Positions 12,766 through 25,399 of a stretch of 64,000 bases of DNA are shown in pieces. The notes under the pieces are model-generated. The model saw nothing but the letters and a program-made list of their open reading frames with translations. It searched no databases and was not told the DNA's origin. Source of the stretch: the human T2T-CHM13v2.0 reference genome, Homo sapiens; assembly GCF_009914755.1 (NCBI RefSeq), contig NC_060929.1; one strand, given 5' to 3'. Every line of letters starts with the position of its first letter. Position 1 is the stretch's first letter. Made by a program: the position numbers and the translations under genes.

Positions 12766-12839
12766 AGATCACTGTCTAGTATGCAGGAGGGACAGCATCA
12801 TGGTTTTTTTCTTCTTCATCATTTGTAAGGAAAGTGAAA

Positions 12840-13030
12840 ATAACAACTACCATTTATTGAGTGCTTTCTATGTGACAAACACCACACTTAGAAACTTATG
12901 TTATTCCTGGTCTTTATAAAAAATATTTGAGGTGGAAGTTATTATCTTCTCCTCTACAGATAAGAAGCTGAAGCTGTGGTCATAATTTCCTCAAAGTCAC
13001 AGATTTCATTTACATAGCTCCAAAGTCAGA
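12840..13030 (-). mobile_element. MIR SINE
   Basis: taccatttattgagtgctttctatgtg..ctacagataagaagctgaagct..aaagtcacag. Confidence 0.75.
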
Positions 13031-13599
13031 AATCTATCTGTGACACGCCATATCATAAAATGTTACTAATAGGAAAATATTTCTTTCTTCAGAACTGGAT
13101 ATAAATTAAACACGATTGCTTCATTGCAGTTATTTCATTGTCTATAAATTTATATTGAAAAATTAAAAGCCAAAAAGACTCTATCTAATATGGAAATTTA
13201 GTGAACATTTGTTGTATTTCTTATCTCCTTATCTATCAAGGTACTACCTATTTCTTTCTTTTCTTTCACCATTTAACATCTTTAAAGGAGAGGTTACATT
13301 TTACTTTCACAGTTATCTCAATGCATGTGTTAGTATTTATGATGTATATAGATACACATATAACATGCATGTATTCATAAATAATATATGCGTATATTAT
13401 TTGTATGTTTAATAAGTAGAATCACATTGTATGTATAATTTTGCCATTTTCTTTTTTTACTGAATGTATTTTTGAAATGAACGTTTTCTTATGTAATAAT
13501 TTAGTCCATTTATTTTAATTGCTAAGTAATTTTCCACCATATAAAGAAACCACAGCCTCAATTTTTTTTTGCATGACTCACTTCCCAATCTTTTGAATG

Positions 13600-15212
13600 T
13601 TGGCTTCCTCCTGCAGTTATCACTTGAAACTGCTCCATTAAAAGTCACCACATCTACTAGATTTTAAAAAATACTCATCATTTTTAATCCATCCTTACAT
13701 TTGGTGCTGTTAATTACCCTCATTTTCTTGAAATTTCCTGCTTTCTTGATTTTCGGTTTTGTGAAAGTACACCTTTCTTGATATCTTTGTTCTTCTCCTT
13801 TTTGTTGTGTAAATGCAGGTGTTTCCCAAAGTTATATTCTTAATTTTCTTCTTTCTTCCTTGACAGTCTCATTCATATCATGGCTTCATATTGCAAATAA
13901 CTCTCCAATCCATATTTGATTTGTTTCCAGTTGTCTGCCAGACATTGCTAGTTGGATGTCACACTTGACCTAAGTATGCACTTTTCCTCTTAAATTTGTT
14001 CCTCTTTCTCTGCTTCCTATTTAAGTAAGTGGCAGTGGCACCATCTTAGCAATCATCCAGGATCAAAAGCTTGGAATGATTTATAAGTCCCTTGGGTCTC
14101 ATCAGTTGCCAGGACCTGCAAATTACTGTTCTATTCATTCTGTCAAATTGGTTCCCACTGCCACTACCCTAGTTTAAACTCCATGACTTCTAGGCTTTTC
14201 ACAATAGTATAACTTGTTTTCATATTACTAAGTGTCTTTCCGCTTCCTAGGCATCCTCTATCCTGCTTGATTAATTTTCCTAAAGCACAATTCTGTTCAT
14301 CATATTTCCCTGTTTGAAAGCTTTTAACAGCTCTCCATTGCCTATAAAATAAAGTCCAAACCCTTTAAGCTGAAATTCTGCTTCTCTGCAAATTGATTTG
14401 TTTACCCCTTCAAACTTATTATTTCTCTATTTAATATTCCTCATATGCCTGTCAAATTGGACATCTTGCTCTTTCTGTTATTTGCTTGTATAGTCTAGGT
14501 TAAATTGTGGTAACAAGCTGCTCCAAAAGTTGTGTCTCAAAATAACACAAGTTTATTTCTTACACAATTGATGTAGTCATTTCAGTCCAGCCAGAATGTT
14601 CTCTGTTCACTGCAGTCACTCAAAGACCCAGGCTAAGGGAACAGCCACCATCTTGAATGTTGCTGCTCTCTATCACGTAGGAAATAACTTTAGAGGGTTT
14701 TGCACTAGCAATTAAATATTATGGAACAGAAGTGATAAACATCACTTCAATTCACAACTCCCTGGCCAGAATTAGTCACATAGCCCTAACTCATTGTTAG
14801 TGAAACTAGAAAGTGCAACCGAACATGTGGAACAGGAGAAGAAAAACAGATATTGATGAACAGCATTGAAGACCGACACAGTTCCCAATATTTATTTTTA
14901 TCATTTTTCTTCTGTAGACCAATGCTCATGAAACTAAAAATATTCTTCATTCTCTTCTATTCTTGTTCAGATCCTGCTTACTCTTAATTCCCAGCACAGC
15001 TATCACATCTTCAGTGAATTATTTCCTAATCATCCCAGACAGACATATTCTCCCTCTCCTCTAATTTCTCATAGTCCTTTATTTTTGAGATAATCATTGT
15101 TATCCTGTGGTTATGCATTATTTCCTAGAAGTCTGGATACTTGATTTTATACAAAAAACCTTATGTAGTCAAGGGTCAATAAAACCCTTGACGACATAAT
15201 TTTTTCAGTGAA
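13600..15212 (+). mobile_element. Fragmented L2 LINE, interrupted by an MLT1 LTR
   Basis: Pyrimidine-rich L2 motifs (ctgctccattaaaagtcacca; ttggatgtc; ccactgccactaccctagt; ctctccattgcctataaaataaagtccaaa). Confidence 0.7.
14487..14880 (-). mobile_element. Old MLT1 (J/K/L-type) LTR
   Basis: ggtaacaag..caagtttatttct..gcagtcactcaaagacccaggct..cagccaccatcttgaa..gccagaattagtcacat. Confidence 0.7.
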
Positions 15213-15344
15213 TACATAATTCCCATAAATTGAATCAGAGTGTATTCTGATGACTTAGAGATTCATTTCTTTTGAAAGACTGACTTCTTCTATTACCTAT
15301 TTATAGGGGAGATGTTTATTCCTCATTATATATAAGGTTGGATA

Positions 15345-15456
15345 CTATATATATGTGTATATGTATGCATACACACATATACACACACATATAATCATTG
15401 TATATCTACATGTATGATATATGTATATTTATATATCTTATGTATATATACATATA
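15345..15456. repeat. (TA/TG/CA)n low-complexity repeat
   Basis: tatatatatgtgtatatgtatgcatacacacatatacacacacatat... Confidence 0.85.
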
Positions 15457-15719
15457 GTTAGCAGCTCCTAGCTACTATGGTATAAATATAGAGTAAATTA
15501 ATTATGAATCTGCCTTATTCTCACTCTTCTCACTCTGAAATTGCTGGCAGTGCTATTATAACTCTTTTCAGTCTTCCTTTTCGATAAATGGTTTATTTGA
15601 CCATTGCCCTTTGGTAGCAATAAGATAGACAGTCTAAGGGCTCTTTCCTGTGTGAAATACTTTAAGGAATGTCCATAAGGGTAAAACACAAGTGACAAGA
15701 TAAAATTAAAGTAGTGAAA

Positions 15720-18070
15720 TCCTGTCCTTCTGTCCTTCTTCCTTCCTTTCTCCTTTCTTTATCAAAGATTTATTGGATCTTTGATTTATCTGTATATGAT
15801 ACTGTGATAAGATACAATATTGGAATAGACACAGACCCTGTCTTGGGGGAATGTTACAGTCCAGAAGGAGTAATAACATACAACCTCCCTGCAGTAACTT
15901 GACTTGAAATTACTGTTTTCCCAACTATACACCTGGCCAATGGTTGCTCAAGCTTTAAATCTCAGATTAGGTGTTCTATCCTCTGGAAAGCCTTCCTTGA
16001 TTTCCCAAGTTTGCTCTAGCACTTTAATAGTGTTTTGGATGGATTAATTAATTATTTCTGAGGAAAGAGCTCAGGGAAGTTTTAACAGAGGAAATGATTG
16101 AAAAAAAAGTCTGAAAAATGAATAGAAGTTTGCCAAGAAAAGCAAGAAGGGAGAAAATTGTCCTTATCCAAAGGTGGCAATGATACGTTGAGCACAGGAA
16201 TCTATGAGCAGATTTCTATTACTGGAGCTTAAATTGTAAAAACTGTGGGAAAAGAAGTTGGGAGAGATGCAGGAAGCTGATTCTGAATGGCTCATTTGCC
16301 ATGCTATGGGGAACCTCTAACGAAATTCAATAAGTGAAGTGGCAGGGCCAGATTTACTTTTTAGAAATTATACTATTGATAAAGTATGCAAAGTAAACTT
16401 GAAGACAGGGGAACTATTATAAGACATTCCCAAGGATGAGATAATTAGATTTCAAAGTAACATGATGGAAGGGGGTTCAGAAGAAGAAAATAGACATTTG
16501 GGAGAATAAATAGAAAATATGCGGTAACAGCCTGCTTGTAGTAGGCAAAGGAGAATAAGAAATTAAGAATGTTATTTTGTTTTCTGACTTGCACAATTGA
16601 ATGGCTAAAGATCACAGATGAAGAAAGTACAGAAGAAAAAGTTGGTTTTGAGGTTGAATTAGTTAAATTGGGAACCTCAATTTTCTCTCTTGAGAAGGAG
16701 GAGTTGACATTCACTGCAAAGAATAAAAGCATAGGAGTTGGCTAGGGGTTTTGAGTGGCATGACACATGTTTTGAATTATAAGGGAAACGAGAGTGGGAA
16801 CTGACAGAGGACAAGTAAACCTTTATGAGCAATTGAAAGAGGCAAGCTGAAGTTAGAGGGTATAAAAATTTAGTAGTCCCAGTCTATAAGTTTGTATTAC
16901 TATTGTCAACCAAACTCAGAGGTGAGTACAGGGATGGACAATTTGCATGATTAATCCAGGGCTAAAAATATGTGACAAAATGATGTAGTTGCGAAGGAGT
17001 CAAGGGTGGTTGTGAGCTTCCATAAGGAAGAAAATAAAGCAATTAAGGAATAGGGTGGACTCAGGAGGGGTTCTAAAGATTTTATAAGAGGGGTGTCCAA
17101 TCTTTTGGCTTCCCTAGGCCACATTGGAAGAATTGTCTTGGGTCACACATAAAATACACTATCACAAATGATAGTTGGTGAACTAAAAAAAAAAGCAGTC
17201 ACAAAAACATCTCATTATGTTTTAAGAAAGTTTATGAATTTATGCTGGGCCACATTCAAAGCCATCCTGGGCCACATGTGGCCCACGGGTTGGACAAGCT
17301 TGCTCTACAACATGGAATGGCATGTATAAAGAAAGTGGTTCCAGAAGGGAAGCAGAAAGGTAAGGTGTGATCAGAGAGCAGGAGAGCAGAATTTCTGATT
17401 TCCAAAGTAGGGAGGAGTTTTGGTTCCTGAGAAGGTCTAGGAGGAGACATGAACAAGGGTTAAGGCGGAAGAGTGAAGGTGAGCCCTCTAGAATTGAAGG
17501 GATGGTTGACAGCTATGAAAGGATGGTGAGGAGTTCTTTCATATGGACATTGAAATTGTTCAGGATAATAAAGAGGCATTCAGGCAGAAGAAGCCTGTAA
17601 TTTGGGTAACCTCCGTGATGAATATGGAGGCTATAACCTGGAAGCCACATGAAGATGACATAAACAAGGAAGGTATGTTTTGTGAACAAGTAAATTGACT
17701 TTGGTGTAGAAGGATTTTTTTATTTTTATTTTTGTATTATAGTGTAAGCATAAAATGGTCCCTTAGGAGAAACCTGAAATCCCTTGAACAGAAGGTCAAA
17801 ATGAGGAGGGGGTGAAGTGGGGGCAGTTTATCATGCTCCCATTTGCACGGTACTGAAGTGTAAAAGAATGAAAGACCTTTACTAAAAAAATGCTGCAAAG
17901 AAAGTTCTGCCTTTGGGGAAAAGCCAAATTTGAATTGGAGCGAGCAATTGGAGGGGACATTGTTCTGTAAAGAGGACTAAGGATGTAATGTTTATGTCCT
18001 GAGATTAGTTCAAAAAGGAGAGGATCAAGAAGGAGACAAGAGAACAGGGTAGATGTTACATAAGCGGCCA
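15720..18070 (-). mobile_element. Fragmented antisense L2, interrupted by MER30
   Basis: agacacagaccctgtctt; tcagggaag..cagagga; tttgccatgcta; gccagatttactttttagaa. The part beyond 16.7 kb is much more diverged and less certain. Confidence 0.55.
17088..17302 (+). mobile_element. MER30 hAT-Charlie MITE
   Basis: aggggtgtccaatcttttggcttccct..ccacattggaaga..ttaagaaagttta..cattcaaagcc..gggttggacaagcttg, close to remembered consensus end to end. Confidence 0.93.
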
Positions 18071-21000
18071 AAGATGGGTTCTGCGTATCTCATACTGTTC
18101 CCTTATTTACAGCTGGAGAGGACCACTAGCCCAAAGACTGCTAGCACGAAATTCAAATTCCTACACACTTAAGTGATTTAAATATAGCTCAAAGAAGACT
18201 ATGTTTAGCCATTTAGAACTTCCCTACTTTACATATTCCATAAATTTTTACCTGGGTGATGGTAGTCAATTATAAGCTTGGGTGGCATGAATGTAATTGA
18301 CCTTAAACATCCAAACTTTAGGGCCCAGTTATCCTGATGCTAGAACCAGCTGAGACCATTAGTTGTAAAACATAAGTAGAAATCTACAGGGCCTTCTTCT
18401 TTACTAGATGTAATAGACTATGAGTACCAAATTAATATAACTAAGGAAATATAATGACAAAAACAAGGATATGTTAACTCTTCTTAGAGAAATGAAAGAT
18501 AATCATGGGGGAAAAGATTGCAATTAACACTATATCCTTTAGCTAAATTGATATGTTTCTAATTTTTTCAAGTAAATTTATGTGTTTCAATATATTACAT
18601 TTTACGAACAATCTGTTTAGACTTGTATATGCCCTAGAGAAAACTGTATAATTTGGGGAGTCCTAAAGGGTATCCTTTTGTAAAACAGAACTTATGTATT
18701 GTAGTTGTTCAAATCAAGTCACATATGAAAGTTTTAAAATAATACATGGAAATCAAGTGCTAATGCAGTGATAGGAAAAGTGCATTCATATATGGATTTA
18801 GATCAAATAACCAATTTGACCCTTTGTACAAATGTTTGTTTAACTATTGTGGTTCTCTTTGAAAGGATTTCCTTCTCCTCCAAACTTTCAACATGTGTAG
18901 TTGAGTATGTCTGGGACTCAGAATTGTATTTAGAAATAGAATCTATAAAATTAGGTTTTTCTAAGGAATTTAGGTTGAAGTTTGTGTATATGTTTGCATG
19001 TATGTGTACCTGTAGGTGTGTTTGTATTGTGTTCATGAAAATGTGTGAGTGAGTGTGCATTTGTGGTGGGTAAATATGTGTGTCAAGGGGGCATTATAAA
19101 GATATTTTCAGATGCATTTAAGATAAGAAGGAAGAGCTAGAATTCTCAGGGCTGGAATTCACTCTCATGAGACTCACAGCCTGATTAATGTCCTCTTATA
19201 CTGCAAGGGTTCCAGTTATTTTACAATCTGTATTGGCTGTGTTTCTTTTGAGTTTGAAACTTCTATTGCAAATAGAGGACAGCGAGACAATCTGACCCAA
19301 TAGGTGGGGCAAATAGGCTTTAAATCATATGTATTCTCAAGATAGTCAACAAGTCATTTTGAGATGACAGATGAGCAGACAAAGCTTTTGTGTTTACCAG
19401 GTGGAGGTGAATTAAGCTATGGCAAGAAGGAACAAGATGGAGAGCAGCAGTGCAGGGTCAGGAAGTATTTCCCAGCTTCATTTTTTAAAGTTTTTAAAGG
19501 GCCACCCGAATTTAAATTAAATCTCATAAATCTTGGCATAAAATTATATAATATAACACTAGTCGTTTTAACCAAAATTGGAGTTATTAAGTTATTGTAC
19601 GATCCTAATCAATACCCTCTGGTTCACTTTGGTAAAACAGCAGCAAAATCATAAATCAAGCTCTTTGCTTTGTATTTTAAATTAAATTGAGAAAATGTGG
19701 TTGTGAACTTTCCTAAACTGATGTATTTTGAGAATTTAATTTAAAATTTAAAACTGTTTTAGATCAAAATTTTAATAGGAGAAAAAGCATTTTTTAAAGA
19801 AAATATATGCATGGGTCAATGTAAAGTATTCTGTCACACTTTTTGAAAGTTAATTCTTTGTCAGTCATGCACCATTCTTCCTAAGAATAGAATACTAATA
19901 ATTCTGCCTGCAGAGAATCATGAAGACTTGGTAGTTAATGAAAACTAACCATGGGAAGGAACAAATCCAACACTTTCTGCTATCTAATTATCTCAGCATA
20001 ATTAACATTTTTCTAGATTTAGTGCCTAAATCCTTTTTTTTCCAAACTTGAATTTCATAGTCTTTTTGATTACACAAATATGATAGTCTATCATATATGT
20101 GAACTGGAGAGAGCACATAAGGAATAATTAAATTCACCTGGATTTCTTTGTTTCTTTTTAACTTCATCTCCACCCCCTAAGTTTTAAATGCAAATTTAAA
20201 ATACTGCCTCTCTGCAGACAATCACACCATCACCATTTCTTCCTTCTCAATAAAATGCAACTTCTAAGATGTGTCTAAATAAAAACAAAGAAATCACACA
20301 TTTAAAGATAATTAGTGCTTTTGCTTGAGAAAGATTTAGCCATTCTCGAGACATGTTTCTATGTCCATATAAATCAGTGTTAATCATTTGGGTATGTCCA
20401 AACACTTGATCGAAGGTTCACATTTTGCCTCTCAAAAGTATTAGTTCATAATTCATTGAAATACTTTTAAGTCTCAGGGAGAAAGAGAGCAAATAGCCTA
20501 AGATACTTTCTCCTTGACCACTATTGTAAGTGTGGTTAAAGCCAAAGAAAAGGCCAGTAAATGAGAAAAATGCAAATGTTCATCATATTCCACTGCTGTT
20601 TTGACACAGCAATTAGATTTGTGCAGAACAGCAAGATTGTTCCAATTCTATTCTCCCAAACATAAGTCTTAAAAAAAGAGGTTACATTTGTGACTGTAGC
20701 TCGTGGAGCATCCAATCTGGCATCCTGAAAATCCATATGTAAGCCACACTTATATCTTAAACCTGTCAAACAAATAAATGTACAGAAGCAGTAATTTATG
20801 TACTTTATAGACTGTTTTGCCCTTTTAGAGCAAAAGCCTAATTTTCAAGTGTTGCTATTTTAACTTCTGGCAGTGCCTGGGAGATAACTGAGGTTCAAAA
20901 TGTGAATTTTACAAGTAAAATGTGATTCAAAAATTGATTTACCCTGTTCTCACTACATGTGAGACAGAGAAGAGAAATGCTGGGTGTTTGTGAGCTTTAG

Positions 21001-21817
21001 GCAAGGGGAAACATATTGCTAAGTACAGAAGCCACGCAAAACTTTGCGGGTTTTCAGTTTAGAAGTGAACTTGAGCCTTTCCCAGTTCAAGTTCTGTTTA
21101 GGGCCGGCAAAACATGACTTTCTGATTCAAAGAAATAAGGCTTAAAAAGGCTTATAAAACAGGCTCACAGGCTTCTTGTACATCAAATAGCTCTTACACA
21201 ATGGCATTTAGATGATTTAAGTGTAAATGAATCAAAGACATATGGATTGCATTTCCCTTGAAATACGCATGGGTTTTAAAATGAAGGGAAAACACACTTG
21301 CCAAAATCCTTTTTGGGTTGTGCTGCATCAAAAACATTTGGAAAATGACTTTAAATGTTTGGAAGAACCCCAGACATCGAGTTCAGCCACCCCTGGAGAT
21401 TAAATCAGTGTCCTTCATCCAATGATAACTAGTCCCCTGTTTTGCAAAGACATTTCTTAAAAATGTCAAGTCCCAAACCTGACACTCCTGAAAACTGACT
21501 TTCTTAATGCTTGAATTCCTAATTCAATGATAGGGTCTTATTATGGAGTCTTCCCCCAGAGATTAGGAATCCATTTTGTGTTAGTTAAGCCACCAGAAGT
21601 ACATTTCAATTTTACCCAATTTTTCAAGTGTGGTTAAAAATGTAAGTTCTCTCTGTCCTGGAGGTAAAAATTATGTTTCTAGGGAGCTGAAAGGAAATCG
21701 AGTTTTCAAGCTGAATGAAAGAACTAAATGATCAGAAGATAAAAATGGAAAACGTGTTTGTTGTAAATGTATTCAGGCAGGAGTTCTGACATCACTTAGC
21801 TGTTAGCATATTTATTT

Positions 21818-21914
21818 AAGAAAAAGAAAAGGAAGAAAGGAAGGAAGGAAAGGAAGAAAGGAAAGAAGGAAGAGAGGGAGGAAAGAAGGAGGGAAAGGAG
21901 GAAGAAAGGAAAAA
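21818..21914 (+). repeat. 97-nt pure-purine (GGAA/GAAA)n tract
   Basis: No pyrimidine between 21818 and 21914. Confidence 0.95.
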
Positions 21915-23127
21915 TACTGCGTGGTAAAGTGTATTTGGAATAAAAAAAAGATTGAGTGAAATGCAAAAATAAATTGGGTTTAACAGAAATAGGCAGTTTC
22001 ATGAAATAGCTCAGCAGCAATAAGAACAAAACACCAATTACAACAAATTCAAACAGACTAACACACAGGAAAGTGACATGGTGACATGAGTGAAAAATGG
22101 GTTGGCACAAGTGATGAACAAGGTATCAAAAGGAACTAGAGAAGGCATGCTATACTGTTGAAAGAAAATGCATTAAATGTTGAAATCGAGAACAAAGACA
22201 AAACAGATGACAATACCTAAACTGAGAGAAGGGCTACAAAGGCACTCAGTAACTGAACTGAGGAGAGTATAAGAAGAGATCATATAAAACAGGTGAAGGG
22301 CTGTTATTTAAGTCTGTGCAGTCAAACAGCTTATATTAAAAAGACTAGATCAAATTTTGCATGCAGTTATGATGTGAGAGGAAACAGCTTTCAAAATTGT
22401 TTAATGACCTCCTGATAGGAAGGTTAACAGGATTATCACACAGTTCACTGGAGGATGGACAGCAACTCTCAGCATGTCCCTCACTCAACGTGTAATTCCA
22501 GTATTCTCCTTTATAGGGAGGTGCAATATCATTGTGCTACTCAAAAGCATTAGTTGAAAAGTCAGGATTCTTTTAATGAGGGAAGTTCAACATAAAAGGG
22601 AAATACGGAAGGGAAGAAAATGGGTACTAAAACCTGACCTCTTTTAGCGTAATTCTGCCCAACTAACTGTGGGGGTGTCTGGGAAGGCTGAACCCTCTAG
22701 AGATTTTAGTTTGCTCTGGTCTCCTCACATCTGACTGGGCTGCCTGCATCCTAGGTAACTAGTCTGACAGTCTTTGCTTCTGACATGTTACTGCTCCTCT
22801 GTTCTGCTCTCCAACCATTTCTTGTTAAAGTGGGGAAATATTCTCCACCTTCTCTTCTGTTATGCAGACCACAAAGCAGTACTGCTTTGTATTGTGAGCG
22901 TGCTGTGGAGACTAATGAGAAGGGTCTTTAGGATAGGTTGGCCTCTGCTAGTTGTGGCATTAGTACCAGCCGGGTGTGGGAGAGTGGTGATGGGGAAGGG
23001 AAGAAAGCAGTCCAGAAAATACTCTGAGCAATGCTCATTAGTTGCGGAAGAACAAATCATAGTTTTTGGCTTTGGACCACCCATCATTTTTACCCTAGAC
23101 TTAGATTCTCTGACTCCTGAGAAATTA

Positions 23128-23501
23128 TATTAGTCAGGGTAATTAGTGCCAGGCGCTATAACAAAACAACCTTAAAATCTTAGTGACTTCACCCACTACA
23201 GGTTTTTCTTCTGGCAGCTTTCCATTCCGTGATTCTGGAATCCCAATTCTTCCATCTTGTAGTGGAATTATTTTCTAGGGCCTCTGCAGAGTTTTCTGCT
23301 GTATCATCTGTATTTAGCTGGCTGGCTAACAAAGAATGAGGAAGATCACATGACACATTTTGTGGCCATGACTGGATGTGGTGAACATTACTCCCAAGAC
23401 AGGGCCTAACCTTAACTGCAAAGGATGCTGGGAAATGTAGTTTTCCTAAGTGCTCAGGAAGAAAAAGTGTGATTGGTGAATATTTAGCCAGCCTCTGCCA
23501 T
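23128..23501 (-). mobile_element. Old MLT1 (I/J/K-type) LTR
   Basis: tattagtcaggg..ataacaaaacaacc..aaaatcttagtgac..ttccatcttgt..taactgcaaagg..gctgggaaatgtagtt. Confidence 0.7.
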
Positions 23502-24079
23502 ATTCACGAAGGAGATTTTCCATACCCAATGTAAATTAACCCTCAGTGGATCTGTCTTCCCAGCCTTTTCTATATATTCAGATATATCTGAATTCATAAA
23601 CATTATTTAATGTGGAAACTGAGACAGATTAAAGTATACATAGTTAATAAGTGGCAGACCTGAAATATAATTAAAATTTGCCTGAATCTCAAGTTATTGT
23701 TCTGCCTTCAAATTTTATACTTCAGGGAGCGGCATCAGGAACATTAGATTGGGAGGAAGTTGACTCCTTTGCACCCCTGGAGCCCTCTGAGATATGAGAC
23801 CTTCAGAGGCATCAAAGGTTTGGTTCAGTTCGTACTATAATTAAGGGGAGCTCAGGGTACCTCTCCTGAGGTTACAGAGGAAACTGAGATTGATATTTTC
23901 TTGCAGTGGCAAGGAAGTGAAAATCATGGGGAAATAGAGAACACCTCCTCCTCCAAGTCCGATGCAGGAAGAGGGTCATGTTAAATGGCCTCAGAAAATA
24001 TCTACACATCCTTTTCACCTTTCTTCAGAAGGCTGAGGAAAAAGTTAAGAGAAGGCCATTGAGAAGGAAAGACAAGATA

Positions 24080-24270
24080 TGGCTTGGATTTTAGCATCAT
24101 GCTTACATTGTAGCTTTTCTTTTTTTGGCAACTGCATGGGTATGGATGTATTTTTAACCTCACAGAGCCTCAGTTTTCTTGTCAGTAAAATGGGGAACGT
24201 GAAATGCAAAGTAGTAAGAATTAAATAATTTATACTAGTACTGTGCCTAAAAAATCAGAGGCATTGCAAC
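24080..24270 (+). mobile_element. MIR SINE
   Basis: ttaacctcacagagcctcagttttcttgtcagtaaaatgggg. Confidence 0.75.
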
Positions 24271-24393
24271 TAAAGGTTTCTCCATTTTTCTTTTTATTAA
24301 CACTTTTCTTTCATAAATGCGCCATCAAGGGGAAGCATGATGGTGGAAAGGCAATTCTCCCAGATGCTATGGAAGATACATGAGACAAAATGG

Positions 24394-24420
24394 TAAATAA
24401 ATAAATAAATAAATAAATAA
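24394..24420 (+). repeat. (TAAA)n microsatellite
   Basis: taaataaataaataaataaataaataa. Confidence 0.95.
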
Positions 24421-24429
24421 TCAGTTTCT

Positions 24430-24745
24430 TCATTTATCCATCCATTCATTCAACAATTCATTCATTCTTTCACACATCTGCCAATATATACTCACTACTG
24501 ACAAAACATCACAGTGGACATTAGAGAAATCTAAAATGGATAACATGACCCTTGCTCTCAAGATCTGTGTCCTCTAGCGGAGGAGCAGGCATATGCAAAA
24601 GTCAAGGAGATTACAAGGTGAAATATGATAAATGACATATTTAAATTAAGTACTGTGGTAGTGCAGAAGAGGGAGACTAGAGCAGGGAATATGAAAAGTT
24701 TAAGAGAAGCAGCAGCATTTATGTTGGAACTTGAAGAGTGGTAGT
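24430..24745 (-). mobile_element. L2 3' portion
   Basis: (cattt/catc/catt)n tail followed by catgacccttgctctcaag..ctagcggaggag. Confidence 0.7.
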
Positions 24746-25026
24746 TCTGGGATTTTCTGTTATTAGGAGAAATTTCAGAGGAATAATCTTATTGGCAGGA
24801 GGCAAGAGTAAGTCTTTTGAAGTTAGGGTTGCATAGCATGAACACCAGTTTTCTTAGAATGTTTATTACAGATCAATAAAAATGAGTTAATTTTTAAAGA
24901 TGCTTTTATTCACAGTCATAAAATTATAAAAATTAAAAAATTCTTATAAAACATTTCTTACTTCTTTATACATATTTACCAAAATGTTAATAATAGATAC
25001 TATTTTAGTTAGTTTGCTTAAGGGCC

Positions 25027-25399
25027 TGTATTCTTTGGCTGCCATAACAAAATACTGTAGGCTGGGTGGTTTAAATGATGGAAATTTATTTTCTCACAGT
25101 TCTGGAGAATAGAAGTCTGAGGTCAGGGTGCCAGCCTGGTCAGGTTCTGGTGAGGGATCTTTTCCTGGCTTGCAAATGGCCACCTTCTCACTGTGTTCTC
25201 ACATGGCAGACAGCAGGCTGTGGTGTCTCTTTATCTTCTCATAAGGGCACCAGTCCTGTGGGATCAGGGACCTACTTGTATGACCTTATTCAACCTTAAT
25301 CATCTCCTTAAAGGCCCTGTCTCCAAATATAGTCACATGGCGAGTTAGGGCTTCAACATATGAATGTGGGATGAGGGGGGAACAATTCAGTCCATAGCA
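25027..25399 (-). mobile_element. MLT1A0-type MaLR solo LTR
   Basis: ggctgccataacaaaatac..aaatttattttctcacagttctggag..ccttaaaggccctgtctccaaatatagtcaca..gggcttcaacatatgaat..attcagtccatagca. Confidence 0.92.

Noticed and set aside
23576-23593. Perfect 18-bp palindrome attcagatatatctgaat
   Set aside because: A palindrome of this length can plausibly occur by chance in 64 kb of AT-rich DNA.
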